Below, in pieces: positions 29,736 through 38,702 of a stretch of 64,000 nucleotides of DNA. The position numbers and the translations under genes were made by a program. The number at the start of each line of letters is the position of its first letter. Position 1 is the first letter of the stretch. The notes beneath the pieces were generated by a model. It had not been told where the DNA came from and ran no database searches. It worked only from the letters and a program-made list of their open reading frames with translations. This DNA is from an uncultured delta proteobacterium (GTDB taxonomy: Bacteria > Myxococcota_A > Polyangia > Polyangiales > Polyangiaceae): positions 1,280,001-1,344,000 of the forward strand of contig CAWKKR010000008.1 in NCBI GenBank assembly GCA_963850305.1, written 5' to 3'.

Positions 29736-31841
29736 TCAGCGCAGGCAGTCGTACTCGCACCTCCCGAAGCAACACACCGCATCCGAGCAGCACAGTGCCG
29801 TGTCGTTGCATATGCCCGATGGCTCGAGACACGCCCCCCCGGTCGACCCACCGTCGGTCGCGTTCGAGGTGCCGCCGTCGGTCGCGTTCGAGGTGCCGCC
29901 GTCGGTCCCCGGCGGACCCTGGATCTTCTGCACCCACTGCGCGGAATGGTTGTGCGCGGTGACGTCCTGGAAGGGCAGCCAGAACGCCGGGAATGACCGG
30001 TCCTTCGAGTCGAGCGACGGATCGGCATCGACGATCACCGCGGCCATCCAGATCTGCGGCTCGGCGCAGTTCTCGTAGGTGACGTTTTGCTTGGAGAGCG
30101 GCTGCGGCTGATCGTAGCTGGGACCCTCCGGCGGGTAGCAATTGTCGAACCCGCCGTTCACGAGGTGCAAGCCGTAGTCGCGGTTCGACGAGAACGTCAC
30201 CCAGTACACGGAATGCCCGTGGAAGGTCGTCGGGAACGGACTCCAGCGCGGCCACGAGTTGGTGAGACCGTCCGCGACGTTCAGGTTCGGCAGGTCGATG
30301 GGCACGGCGCCCGACGCTGGCGGATAGTGGAGCAGCTTGACGCGCGCGTTGCGGTTGTAAAAGTCGTCCCCGTTCGACGTCGCGGTGTCGGACGCGTCCG
30401 GAGCGTCGTCGAAGACGACGAAGTGCTCGTCCGGCGAGAACGCCGGGTAATAGTAGTTGTGCCCGCTCGCTCCGAGGATCTGCGCGGGCGAATCGAGCGC
30501 GATGTTCGTGTAATCGACGCCCGCCGCCCACAGCGTCCCCAGCTTGAAGTGCGTGTCACCGGTCTGGTCGATGGTCCCCGACGCGGGAACGACGAAGACG
30601 AGCGACGCGTCGTCGGAAGACAAATTCGGCTGGGTTGCTTGCATGTTGCTCGGCAGGGCGAACGTTCCCAGCAGGGACGTCGAGTTGCCGTCGTAAAGGG
30701 CGAAGCTCGTGTCCGCCGTCGTGCCGCCTCCGGGTCCTCCGGGTCCTGGCGGAGGCGGCGGCGGAGGCGGCGGCGGAGGCGGAGGGGGCGGGGCGCCGGG
30801 CCCGCCGTTGTTCGTTCCCTTGAACGTCGTGGCGATCATCTTGGCGTGGTCGTGAGTCCACGTCTGAAAGCCCGGGGACAGGTTCTGGGTGCCGAGGATC
30901 GTGCGCGTCGCGACGTCCATCGTGTGCGTGTTCACGTCGCCGAACTCGTCGTCGCCGTCGGGGTCGTCCGTCATGAGCGACATGCGCACGCCGTCGAGGG
31001 ATAGCGTGTGGCAGCCGACGCAGGTCCCCGTACCGCCCGACGTGTAGAATGGCGTGGGCGTGGGGTCGAAGGTGCCGAAGTCGTGCGTGTAAATGCCGCC
31101 GGTCTTGCCGCCGATCCCACCATAGGTGGCCGACTGCCAGTAATAGATGCCGCCGACGAGGTCGTCCTTCGCGAACGACAGCTCGATCTGCGCGGTCGAT
31201 GTCGACACGCACTTTGCCGTGGCGTCCGTGGCGCGCACGGCGACGCGCACGGGGTCGCCGTCGCGGTTCGTGTTCGCGACGTCGTTCCAGGCCGCTTGCG
31301 ACAGGGTCACACCGCACCCGCGGCTCGCACCTCCGCGCACGTCCGGCACCGGCTCGCACTGGGTCTCCACGCGCACGTCCGTCACGGTGTTCTCGAAGTC
31401 CACCTCGAAGAGCGTCGCGCCCTTCGGCGGGACGAACTGCACCTCGAGCACGTTCATGTTGGGGGGCAGGAGCAATCCGTTCGTCGGATACGCAATCGTC
31501 GGGGGCGCGAGCGCGGAAGACGAGCACGCGGGCGCGTTCGAGGGCGGGAAAGCGGCGCAACCCGGGCAACCGAAGGTTGCCTGGGTCGTCGAGGTGCTCG
31601 TCGCTCCCGCCGAGCCGCTGCCCGCTCCCGCCGAGCCGCTGCTCGCTCCCGTTCCGAAGCGAAAAAGCCCTCCGTCCGCGTTCGTCCCCGAGGAGCCCCC
31701 GCTCCCGGTCGATCCGGAGAGTCCCGCGTTGCCGCTGCTCCCGCAGGCCGCCGCCACGACGCACGCGACGAAAAGCGCCACCGCGGCGCGAAACCGAGAC
31801 GACCCGCCGAGATGTGCGCAACTGACCATGAACTGCCCCAT
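29736..31841 (-). CDS. Lipoprotein with TolB-like/PD40 propeller, polyproline tract and Cys-rich tail
   Basis: VVAAAC-GSSG, IAYPTNGLLLPPN, CVGCH, YYPAFSPD, NSWPRWSP, WVTFSSNRDYG, PAFWLPFQD. Confidence 0.8.
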   Translation of the reverse strand: MGQFMVSCAHLGGSSRFRAAVALFVACVVAAACGSSGNAGLSGSTGSGGSSGTNADGGLFRFGTGASSGSAGAGSGSAGATSTSTTQATFGCPGCAAFPPSNAPACSSSALAPPTIAYPTNGLLLPPNMNVLEVQFVPPKGATLFEVDFENTVTDVRVETQCEPVPDVRGGASRGCGVTLSQAAWNDVANTNRDGDPVRVAVRATDATAKCVSTSTAQIELSFAKDDLVGGIYYWQSATYGGIGGKTGGIYTHDFGTFDPTPTPFYTSGGTGTCVGCHTLSLDGVRMSLMTDDPDGDDEFGDVNTHTMDVATRTILGTQNLSPGFQTWTHDHAKMIATTFKGTNNGGPGAPPPPPPPPPPPPPPPGPGGPGGGTTADTSFALYDGNSTSLLGTFALPSNMQATQPNLSSDDASLVFVVPASGTIDQTGDTHFKLGTLWAAGVDYTNIALDSPAQILGASGHNYYYPAFSPDEHFVVFDDAPDASDTATSNGDDFYNRNARVKLLHYPPASGAVPIDLPNLNVADGLTNSWPRWSPFPTTFHGHSVYWVTFSSNRDYGLHLVNGGFDNCYPPEGPSYDQPQPLSKQNVTYENCAEPQIWMAAVIVDADPSLDSKDRSFPAFWLPFQDVTAHNHSAQWVQKIQGPPGTDGGTSNATDGGTSNATDGGSTGGACLEPSGICNDTALCCSDAVCCFGRCEYDCLR

Positions 31842-31848
31842 TCAATCC

Positions 31849-31858
31849 AAAGTAACCG
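31849..31858 (-). promoter_or_regulatory. Putative -10 element CGGTTACTTT, shared with the ECF gene
   Basis: 7 nt before ATG 31841; identical 10-mer at 32800-32809 on the + strand. Confidence 0.45.
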
Positions 31859-31948
31859 ACGGGGGGGTGACCTAGGCTGGCGAGCGTGGACGACCTCGAG
31901 AGAGTTTTCTAGATTCGCCGGATCAGCGCCGCGACCATCGCCATTGCC

Positions 31949-32776
31949 GTGCAGCCCGAGGGGGCCTCGCCCGCTCTCAGGGACGCGCTCACGTCCGCGT
32001 GCACGTCCGCGGCGCGTCCGGCCTCGTGCGCCGTCGAACCGCGGGATTCGAAGGCGGCGCCCGACGCGACGGTCGTCTGGGAGGGCTCGACACGCGTCGT
32101 CGTCCGCGTGCGCGCGGGGCCGGGGGCATCGGAAGCCGTGCGCGCGATGGACTTTCGGCCGAGCGACGCGGAAGCGGATCGCTGGCGCGCGGCGGGCCTC
32201 GTCGTGGCATCGCTCTCCGAGCGGGGCAGCGACGCGGAGAGCGCTGGAAGACCGCGCGCGCCGTCGCGTGCAGCGCCGGTCATCGTGGTACCCGCCACGG
32301 GCGTTCTCCTCGGGGAGGGACTGCGCGGCTCCGCCGTCCGCGAGGGAGGCTGGCTCCGGACGACCTTCGTGTTGCGTGACGTCCCGCTGTTCGTGGGCGC
32401 CGGTGCCGCGTATTCGACGGCGCCATCCGCCTCCGCTGTCACCCCGACCTGGCTCGAGCTTGCGCTCGGGTTCGGAGTCACCTGGAACCTCGACGCGGCG
32501 CGGCTCGCGGTTCGCCCGCACCTCGATGCGGTCATCCTGAGCGAGTCGGCATCGCTGGATGGAGCGGGCCCTTCCGGAAGTCGCTGGCTCGACGGGCTCC
32601 GAGTCGCGCTCGGCGCGTCGTGGCCGAACCGCTCGCCGGTCTCGCTCGCGGTCGAGGCGTCGGAGACGTTTCTTTCGGGGGGCACGGGGATCCTCCTCGA
32701 CAACGGGAAAGCCCAGTCCTTTCCCGCCCATGACTGGTCCGTGCTCGTGGGGGCCGAGGTGCCCATCGGCAATTGA
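31949..32776 (+). CDS. Hypothetical protein with C-terminal amphipathic beta strands (ECF-FecR module partner; N-terminus uncertain)
   Basis: Long ORF directly upstream of the ECF sigma; ends WSVLVGAEVPIGN. Confidence 0.55.
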   Translation: MQPEGASPALRDALTSACTSAARPASCAVEPRDSKAAPDATVVWEGSTRVVVRVRAGPGASEAVRAMDFRPSDAEADRWRAAGLVVASLSERGSDAESAGRPRAPSRAAPVIVVPATGVLLGEGLRGSAVREGGWLRTTFVLRDVPLFVGAGAAYSTAPSASAVTPTWLELALGFGVTWNLDAARLAVRPHLDAVILSESASLDGAGPSGSRWLDGLRVALGASWPNRSPVSLAVEASETFLSGGTGILLDNGKAQSFPAHDWSVLVGAEVPIGN

Positions 32777-32815
32777 TGCGGCGTGGTTCGGGGCCGGACC
32801 GGTTACTTTCCCAGT

Positions 32816-33448
32816 GTGCTCGGACGTCCCGCTCACCCGCTTCGGCTCGTCCAGAGAGAGCCGTCGCCCGGCACCGCGCCCCCCGGCGACGAACAGATCC
32901 TCGCGGCGTTCGCGACGGGCGACCGCCGCGCGGCGGGTCTCGTCTATGACCGGTTGATAGGGGTGGTCGATGCGACACTGTATCGAGTCGTCGGAACCCG
33001 CGGAGACGACCACGACGACCTCGTGCAAGCCGCGTTCGAGCAGATCATCTTGACCCTCACGAAGAACCGTTTCGCGAGAGGGTGCTCGCTCCGCGGCTGG
33101 GCGGCGTCAATCGCCGGACACGTGGGGCTGAACGCCATCCGGTCGAGGACGCGCGCGCGCCGTGTATTCGATGCGGCAGCGGACGTGGACCGGCTCGTCG
33201 CCAGCCGCCGGTCTCCCGACGACGTCGAGGCGCAGGTGGCCGCACGGCGCGACCTCGACCGGGTGCGCCGGTACCTTGCGGAACTGGACCCGGATCGAGC
33301 GACCACGGTGCTCGTTCACGACGTCTTCGGGCACAGCCTGGCAGAGACGGCGCAGCTCACCGGGGTGTCGATGACGGCGGCTCAGTCGCGTCTGTCCCGC
33401 GGCCGTCGAGACCTCGCCGAACGTCTCTCGCGGGAGGACGCGGAGTGA
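32816..33448 (+). CDS. ECF RNA polymerase sigma factor
   Basis: DHDDLVQAAF, SLRGWAASIA, region 4 GHSLAETAQLTGVSMTAAQSRLSRGR. Confidence 0.92.
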   Translation: MLGRPAHPLRLVQREPSPGTAPPGDEQILAAFATGDRRAAGLVYDRLIGVVDATLYRVVGTRGDDHDDLVQAAFEQIILTLTKNRFARGCSLRGWAASIAGHVGLNAIRSRTRARRVFDAAADVDRLVASRRSPDDVEAQVAARRDLDRVRRYLAELDPDRATTVLVHDVFGHSLAETAQLTGVSMTAAQSRLSRGRRDLAERLSREDAE

Positions 33449-34440
33449 GCACACGACACGATTCCGATCACGACGCAGCGCTCTTGCGGCGCGTCGGCAC
33501 GCTCGGCGTTCCCGTCGAGGACGGTGCGCGCGTCGCGGCGCGCAGAGCCCGGCTCGTGCCCGAGCTCGGTGGGTTCGCGGAGGCCGCGTTCGCTTCGCGA
33601 GCACGAAGCCATCGCCGCGCTCGGCTCGGCTCGGTCGCGGTCATCTCCGTCGCGGCAGCGGCCGTCACGTTGTTCGCCGCACGCCTCCACCGGGCGAAAA
33701 GTGGCGAAGACGCCGGATCGGGCTCGGTGTTTGCTCGCGACGGCTCGGTGCGCGTTGGCGGGGATGGATTCTCCTCCGGGTCGGCGCGCGCTCTCGCGTC
33801 GAGCGACCTCATCGAGACGGGCCGTGGGCGCGCGGATGTTCGCCTCGCGAGCGGCGCGAGCGTGGAGGCCTCCCCGGAGACGCGCCTCGAAGTGCGCGAC
33901 CCGCCCCCCGTGCTGGGCGTGACGCACGAAGAGATGGAGCTGACGTCCGGGCAGGTCATGGTCAGCGTGCCGAAGCTCGGGCGGGGCAGCCTCGTCGTGA
34001 ATACGCCGAACGCACGCGTGACTGTGCATGGAACTCGATTCTCGGTGGAGGTGCGGCCCGCGTCCGCCGCATCGAGCGTGGAGACGCGCGTCGCGGTGTC
34101 GGAAGGCATCGTCTCCGTCGCGAGCGACGGCCACGAAGTGTTCCTTCGCCCCGGTGCGCGATGGTCGTCGGTGGCGGCGCCTGCGCAGCTCGCGGAACCG
34201 GACGCGGGCGCGCCGTTCGTCCCGGCGCTGACGCATCGCACGGGGTCTACGCGGAGGAGCACGCTCGGCTCCGAAAATGAGCTCTTCCGGGCCGCGATCG
34301 CAGCTCGTCGCGGCGGCGATCCCGCGCGGGCCATCGCGCTGGTGGACGAGCTGCTCTCCGAATATCCGACCTCGCCCCTGTCCGGCCAAGCGCGCGCCGA
34401 GCGCGAGCGCGCGGAACGAGACCTGTCGCCGTCTCCGTGA
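33445..34440 (+). CDS. FecR-domain anti-sigma protein with C-terminal TPR-like helices
   Basis: GTGA coupling to the sigma gene; one TM; VNTPNARVTVHGTRFSV, VAVSEGIVSV; LLSEYPTSPL. Confidence 0.88.
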   Translation: MSTRHDSDHDAALLRRVGTLGVPVEDGARVAARRARLVPELGGFAEAAFASRARSHRRARLGSVAVISVAAAAVTLFAARLHRAKSGEDAGSGSVFARDGSVRVGGDGFSSGSARALASSDLIETGRGRADVRLASGASVEASPETRLEVRDPPPVLGVTHEEMELTSGQVMVSVPKLGRGSLVVNTPNARVTVHGTRFSVEVRPASAASSVETRVAVSEGIVSVASDGHEVFLRPGARWSSVAAPAQLAEPDAGAPFVPALTHRTGSTRRSTLGSENELFRAAIAARRGGDPARAIALVDELLSEYPTSPLSGQARAERERAERDLSPSP

Positions 34441-34442
34441 TC

Positions 34443-34812
34443 ATGTCCCGCTCGCTCGTCCTTCACGTCTCGCTGTCGGTCCTGCTCGTGATCGTCGCGT
34501 GCGCATGCACCGAGGACGACACCGGCTACATCGATTCTGAGTTCCGCCACACCGAAATCTCCGCCACCCCCTCCACCGAAGCCGCCCGGACCCGGTCCGT
34601 GCGCGAGCGACGTCGACTGCGTGGGCCCCGCGACGCCGCGCTGCCGGCTCCCGGGAGGGACTTGCGTGCAGTGCCTCGCGGATACCGATTGCGCCGCCGT
34701 GCTCGGACGTCCAATCTGCGACGTTCCCGGCGGCAGCTGCGTGCCTTGCGCGCCGCCCGCCGGCCCCTGTGACGCTACCGCGCCGTGTCCGCCCTCCGGA
34801 TGCCTGCGGTGA
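34443..34812 (+). CDS. Small Cys-rich lipoprotein (frameshifted)
   Basis: VIVACAC lipobox, then in another frame CRLPGGTCVQCLADTDCA...PICD...CVPC. Confidence 0.55.
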
Positions 34813-34887
34813 GGAGCGAGCAACGGCCGTGGTGCACTCGATGGAGGCGACGGGCCCGCCACCCCGCGTCGGTGGATGCTTCGAAAG

Positions 34888-35715
34888 CTATCGCGTGGCC
34901 TTGGATCCCGCAGCGGCCAGCGCGTCTTGCAGCGCCCGGAGGCTCTCGTCACAGGCCGTCACGAGGGGCGGCTTCGCGCGGAGGGAGAGATTGAGCGAGA
35001 CCACGTTGCTGTTGCGACGCGAGAGCACGATGAGCTCGTCGGACAGTTCCTTGAATCGCGTCAGTGCCGCACCCGCGGCCCCGAGCCCCGACGTGCCGGA
35101 CGGTGCGAGTGCGGTCAGCGCCTTCATGGAGTCCTGTGCCTGCGTGTATAGGTCGCCCATTTCCTTCTCCAGCCGGGTCATCGCAAGGTCCTCGGCTTCG
35201 GCGATGTGCGGCGCGTGCAGCACCTGGATCTCCCGCACGGCGAGCGTCGCACTCGCGACGAGCTCCTCCGCGCGGCAGCGGTCCTTCGGCGCGACGGCAG
35301 GAGGCACGGTCATCAGGGAATCATGAAAAGAGTCCGCCGCCGCCCTCACGGGACCGAACGACAGGCGCTGTGCCTTCAGGTTCGTGTTCTCCACGGCGAG
35401 GGCGAGGATGCGCTGATCGACCTTCCGGTAATCGGCGAAGTCGTTCCGGAACTCCTCGAACGATTGAATCTCCGCGTGGCGACCGCCGGCGCGCAGCAAT
35501 GGGGAAAGCGCGCGCGCGTCGCCATCGACGACAATCAGGGCCTGCTCCGCCTCGTGCGCGAACGCGATGGACGCCTCATCCGTGTCCGCCATCACCGCGC
35601 GGTCCGAAGCGTCGGAGGCCTTGTTGAATTCGATGCGCAGGTCCGCCACCACCGCGCGCGATTCATCGAGCTGCAGGAGATAGGGAGACGGCACATGGCT
35701 GCACCCGAGAGCCAC
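34888..35715 (-). CDS. Stand-alone double four-helix-bundle (MCP sensor-like) protein, probably a lipoprotein
   Basis: ALGC lipobox; two helical repeats YRKVDQRILALAVENTN / FKELSDELIVLSRRNSN; no TM or signalling domain. Confidence 0.65.
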   Translation of the reverse strand: MALGCSHVPSPYLLQLDESRAVVADLRIEFNKASDASDRAVMADTDEASIAFAHEAEQALIVVDGDARALSPLLRAGGRHAEIQSFEEFRNDFADYRKVDQRILALAVENTNLKAQRLSFGPVRAAADSFHDSLMTVPPAVAPKDRCRAEELVASATLAVREIQVLHAPHIAEAEDLAMTRLEKEMGDLYTQAQDSMKALTALAPSGTSGLGAAGAALTRFKELSDELIVLSRRNSNVVSLNLSLRAKPPLVTACDESLRALQDALAAAGSKATR

Positions 35716-35905
35716 GAGAGCAAGGGAGCCGAGGGCCAGGAGTCCGCGGAAATGCCCGTACCCATCCGTTGCAGGTGGTCACGCGCAGAACCGTACTGCA
35801 ACGTGTTCCGGGGGTCATCCGCCGAGAAACGCCTGTGGCGATCGGGGAGGCGGGTGGCGCCGCGTGGCAACGTCGGGCACGATTTCGAATACATCAGGGT
35901 TCACG

Positions 35906-36148
35906 ATGATTCGACGGCTCGTAAGTCTGGCAGGAATCGGAATGCTTGCGATCGCAAGGCACGCAGTCGCGGATCCACCGGCGAGCGCGCCACCCGCCAT
36001 CGCGCACGAGTTGCCCGCCTCGCCGTGTCCGTCGACGTTCAAAGAACGACTCGCCCGTGTCCGCAAGGCGATCAAGGCGCAGGCGGCATGGCAGCGAGAA
36101 CGCGATCGTGTGATGCCGGGCTGCGCCTTCGACCGAAGACGCCACTGA
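35906..36148 (+). CDS. Small hypothetical secreted protein
   Basis: MIRRLVSLAGIGMLAIARHAVA-DPP signal-like N-terminus. Confidence 0.35.
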   Translation: MIRRLVSLAGIGMLAIARHAVADPPASAPPAIAHELPASPCPSTFKERLARVRKAIKAQAAWQRERDRVMPGCAFDRRRH

Positions 36149-36167
36149 ACCGAGGACGCTTCTTGGT

Positions 36168-37466
36168 TTAGAGCGTAGACTGAGTGGACGGTCCGCAGAG
36201 CCAGAGCGACGCCGGCTGTCCCACCGGAACCGCGTAAGAGCCGTACGTGTAACACATCTGCCCGAACGCCTGAGGATTCGGGTCTCCGTCTCCGATCGTG
36301 CTGTCCGTATCGTTTTCGAACTCGCACTCCCACACCAGCGAGTCGCCGGCCTTGAGCAACAAGGGACCGCTGGCTCCGCCCGCAGCGTGGCTCGTCGGGT
36401 TCGGCAGGGGGTTCGTCACGAACGGGTTGTACGCCAGATCTACCGGCTCGAGCGGATCGTAGCTCTCGTAAACCTTGGTCTCCACGGGGCCGGCGTCCCC
36501 GCCCGCGGCGGCGTGCCAGATGGACACGCGATCACTGCCGACGTGGCTGTGCCCCTGCAGATACTTCACGCTGCGATCCACGTCCGTCTGACACGACCTT
36601 CGAACGGTCGTCGTCGTGTGCGGAGGCAGCTTTATCCCGGACCCGAGGAGCGAGATCCCGTAGAGGCTCGCCGTCACCTGCAACGGATCGCGGAAGTACA
36701 AGTTGAACCAGGCTTCCTTCAGGACTGGCTCCTCGGTCGTGTTCAGGTAGTGCGCCAGAACCTGCAAACTCTGGCTCGGTGGCAGCGGCAACGCGCTGCC
36801 CTCGAAATCGAGCCCGCCCACGTCCGGGGCCCCGGCGGGTCGCGGCGTCGACAGATCCGGCACGTTGAGCTCGGCCGTCTGCGCGATGGCCATGAACGTG
36901 CCCGCGGTCTCGATGAGATCCGTCACCAGGTTGCACGGGCGGGTCGTACCCGAAGGCGTCGTGTCCCCGGCCACCGCGTAGGTCAGCTGAACGTGGTGCG
37001 CACCGGGGCGGCTTCGCTCTACGTACTGACCGACATAGAGGTTGGACTGCGCGGGCGTGTCCTCGAACGCGCAGTCGTACGACTCGCCGCTCGGGGCGAG
37101 CGTGTACGTCGCCAGCTCGTCCGGGTCGTCGTAGTTCGACGGCCCCAGGTGGATCTGCATCCCCTCCTCGGGCGAGGGCACGCACAGCGCCGAGTCGTCC
37201 CCCGCCATCCCCGATTTCACCGGGCAGAGGGGCGGCGCGACGTAGGATGCCCAGCCGTTGATCTTGCAATCGCTCCACGCTGGGTCCGCCGGATCGCAGT
37301 GCTGGCTGGTGCACTCCGCCTCCCAGCTCGGGCCGCACGCTCCACCGGCGTCGACCGAGGCACTCGTGCCCTTTTTGGCGCTCGAGCCGCAAGCCGTGCT
37401 CACGAGCGCGCACGCCGCAATGCCGGCATAGAAGAATGACCGCGTGAACCTGGACCTGGAAAGCAT
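36168..37466 (-). CDS. Lipoprotein with copper type II ascorbate-dependent monooxygenase (PHM/DBH-like) fold
   Basis: LVSTAC lipobox; GAHHV, LAHYLN, GHSHV and QMCY match the six PHM copper ligands. Confidence 0.78.
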   Translation of the reverse strand: MLSRSRFTRSFFYAGIAACALVSTACGSSAKKGTSASVDAGGACGPSWEAECTSQHCDPADPAWSDCKINGWASYVAPPLCPVKSGMAGDDSALCVPSPEEGMQIHLGPSNYDDPDELATYTLAPSGESYDCAFEDTPAQSNLYVGQYVERSRPGAHHVQLTYAVAGDTTPSGTTRPCNLVTDLIETAGTFMAIAQTAELNVPDLSTPRPAGAPDVGGLDFEGSALPLPPSQSLQVLAHYLNTTEEPVLKEAWFNLYFRDPLQVTASLYGISLLGSGIKLPPHTTTTVRRSCQTDVDRSVKYLQGHSHVGSDRVSIWHAAAGGDAGPVETKVYESYDPLEPVDLAYNPFVTNPLPNPTSHAAGGASGPLLLKAGDSLVWECEFENDTDSTIGDGDPNPQAFGQMCYTYGSYAVPVGQPASLWLCGPSTQSTL

Positions 37467-37697
37467 GGAATGGCGCCTCGCTGAAAGACTGATTGCGGCT
37501 CCTTCAGTATCTCCGACCCGCCGGATCGGCCGGAAGAATAAACCGTCCTCCGGCCGTACACGCCGGTCCCGACTCTCTCCCAGGTGTCGAGGGATGAACC
37601 GGGAACGCGGGAGATCAGAGGCTTCCCGGGACAAATCGGCGCCTTGAAGGGTCACGCAAGGGCCTCGGCCGCGGTCGCCGGATGATAGGATGCCATC

Positions 37698-38024
37698 ATG
37701 GGTGCCAGGACCCCGGATGCGGCAAGCTCGTGGGTCGGGGGCGTCGCGAGTTCGCACGCCGAGCTCGAGGAAGCGGACGACCGCTTCTGGGCCGACGCGG
37801 GGCCGCTGGCGCGGCTGGTCGCTTCGCTGCAGCTATCGACCCAGCTCTGGCAAAAGGAGGGCGTCAGTGGAGCTACCTTCCGAATTGACCGAACTGTGGG
37901 CGGCGTTCGCGCGAGAGGACGTCCGGTACCTGCTGATCGGCGGTCACGCCGTCTCGCTCCACGCGAAGCCCCGGTCGACGAAGGACGTCGACGTACTCCT
38001 GGACCCCGCTCCAGAAAATCGTGA
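37698..38024 (+). CDS. Small hypothetical partner of the nucleotidyltransferase (3' end uncertain)
   Basis: SHAELEEADDRFW...ARL helical motif; overlaps NTase start; -10 TAGGAT lies 6 nt upstream. Confidence 0.5.
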   Translation: MGARTPDAASSWVGGVASSHAELEEADDRFWADAGPLARLVASLQLSTQLWQKEGVSGATFRIDRTVGGVRARGRPVPADRRSRRLAPREAPVDEGRRRTPGPRSRKS

Positions 38025-38328
38025 GCGCGCCGTGCGCGCCTTGCTGCGCTTCGGCGCGCCGCGGACTCTCGTCGAACCGCTCCGCACGGCGAAGCTCGAC
38101 GAGATCGTATGGCTCGGGCGCGCGCCTTCACGAATCGACTTCTTGTTCAGCGCTCCCGCGATCGACTTTGCCGCCGCCTGGGAGCGCCGCGCGACGATCG
38201 ACTCCGCGGGCGTGAACGTGCAGGTCATCGGCCGCGAAGACCTCATCGCCAACAAGCGTGGAGTCGGACGCCCGCGCGACCGCCGCGACGTCGCCGCGCT
38301 CGAGCGCGCCGCACGAAGAACGCGCTAG
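37867..38328 (+). CDS. Minimal nucleotidyltransferase (DUF6036-like)
   Basis: YLLIGGHAV..H..PRSTKDVDV, RIDFL, DLIANKRGVGRPRDRRD. Confidence 0.85.
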   Translation: MELPSELTELWAAFAREDVRYLLIGGHAVSLHAKPRSTKDVDVLLDPAPENRERAVRALLRFGAPRTLVEPLRTAKLDEIVWLGRAPSRIDFLFSAPAIDFAAAWERRATIDSAGVNVQVIGREDLIANKRGVGRPRDRRDVAALERAARRTR

Positions 38329-38702
38329 TCATCCGGAAACGGCGTTGCGTGACGAGGCTCTCGACGGCCAGGTGCACCATGTAATCGCCCGCGAATGCTC
38401 GCGCATGCACGGTGAGCGGCTAGGCGGCGCATCGTCGTTCACGCGAGTATTGCAAGCGTCGCACCGGGGGCGGTGGTCACCGAGCGCACGCAGTGGCTCT
38501 TGCGTGCGCGCTCGTACTTGCAGGCTGCGGGGTACGCGCCACCGCTCATCACGGCGTGACGCACACACACGTCAACGGAGCCGTGCAACCTGAAAGCTTG
38601 ATCGCCATCATGCCGCGGTAGGTTGACGCGATCCGTGCGCCGCGCCGCAGATTTCGCACCCGCCGGGCTGCTCGATCGGGCTGCCTCACATGCCGGAGTC
38701 GA

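Noticed and set aside
30747..30790. Polyproline and other short coding repeats (also 29851-29905, 52775-52820, 61844-61870)
   Set aside because: Ordinary low-complexity linkers or short slippage repeats.
31005..31025. CVGCH as a c-type heme site in the TolB-like lipoprotein
   Set aside because: A single CxxCH with no other cytochrome features; it cannot be supported from sequence alone.
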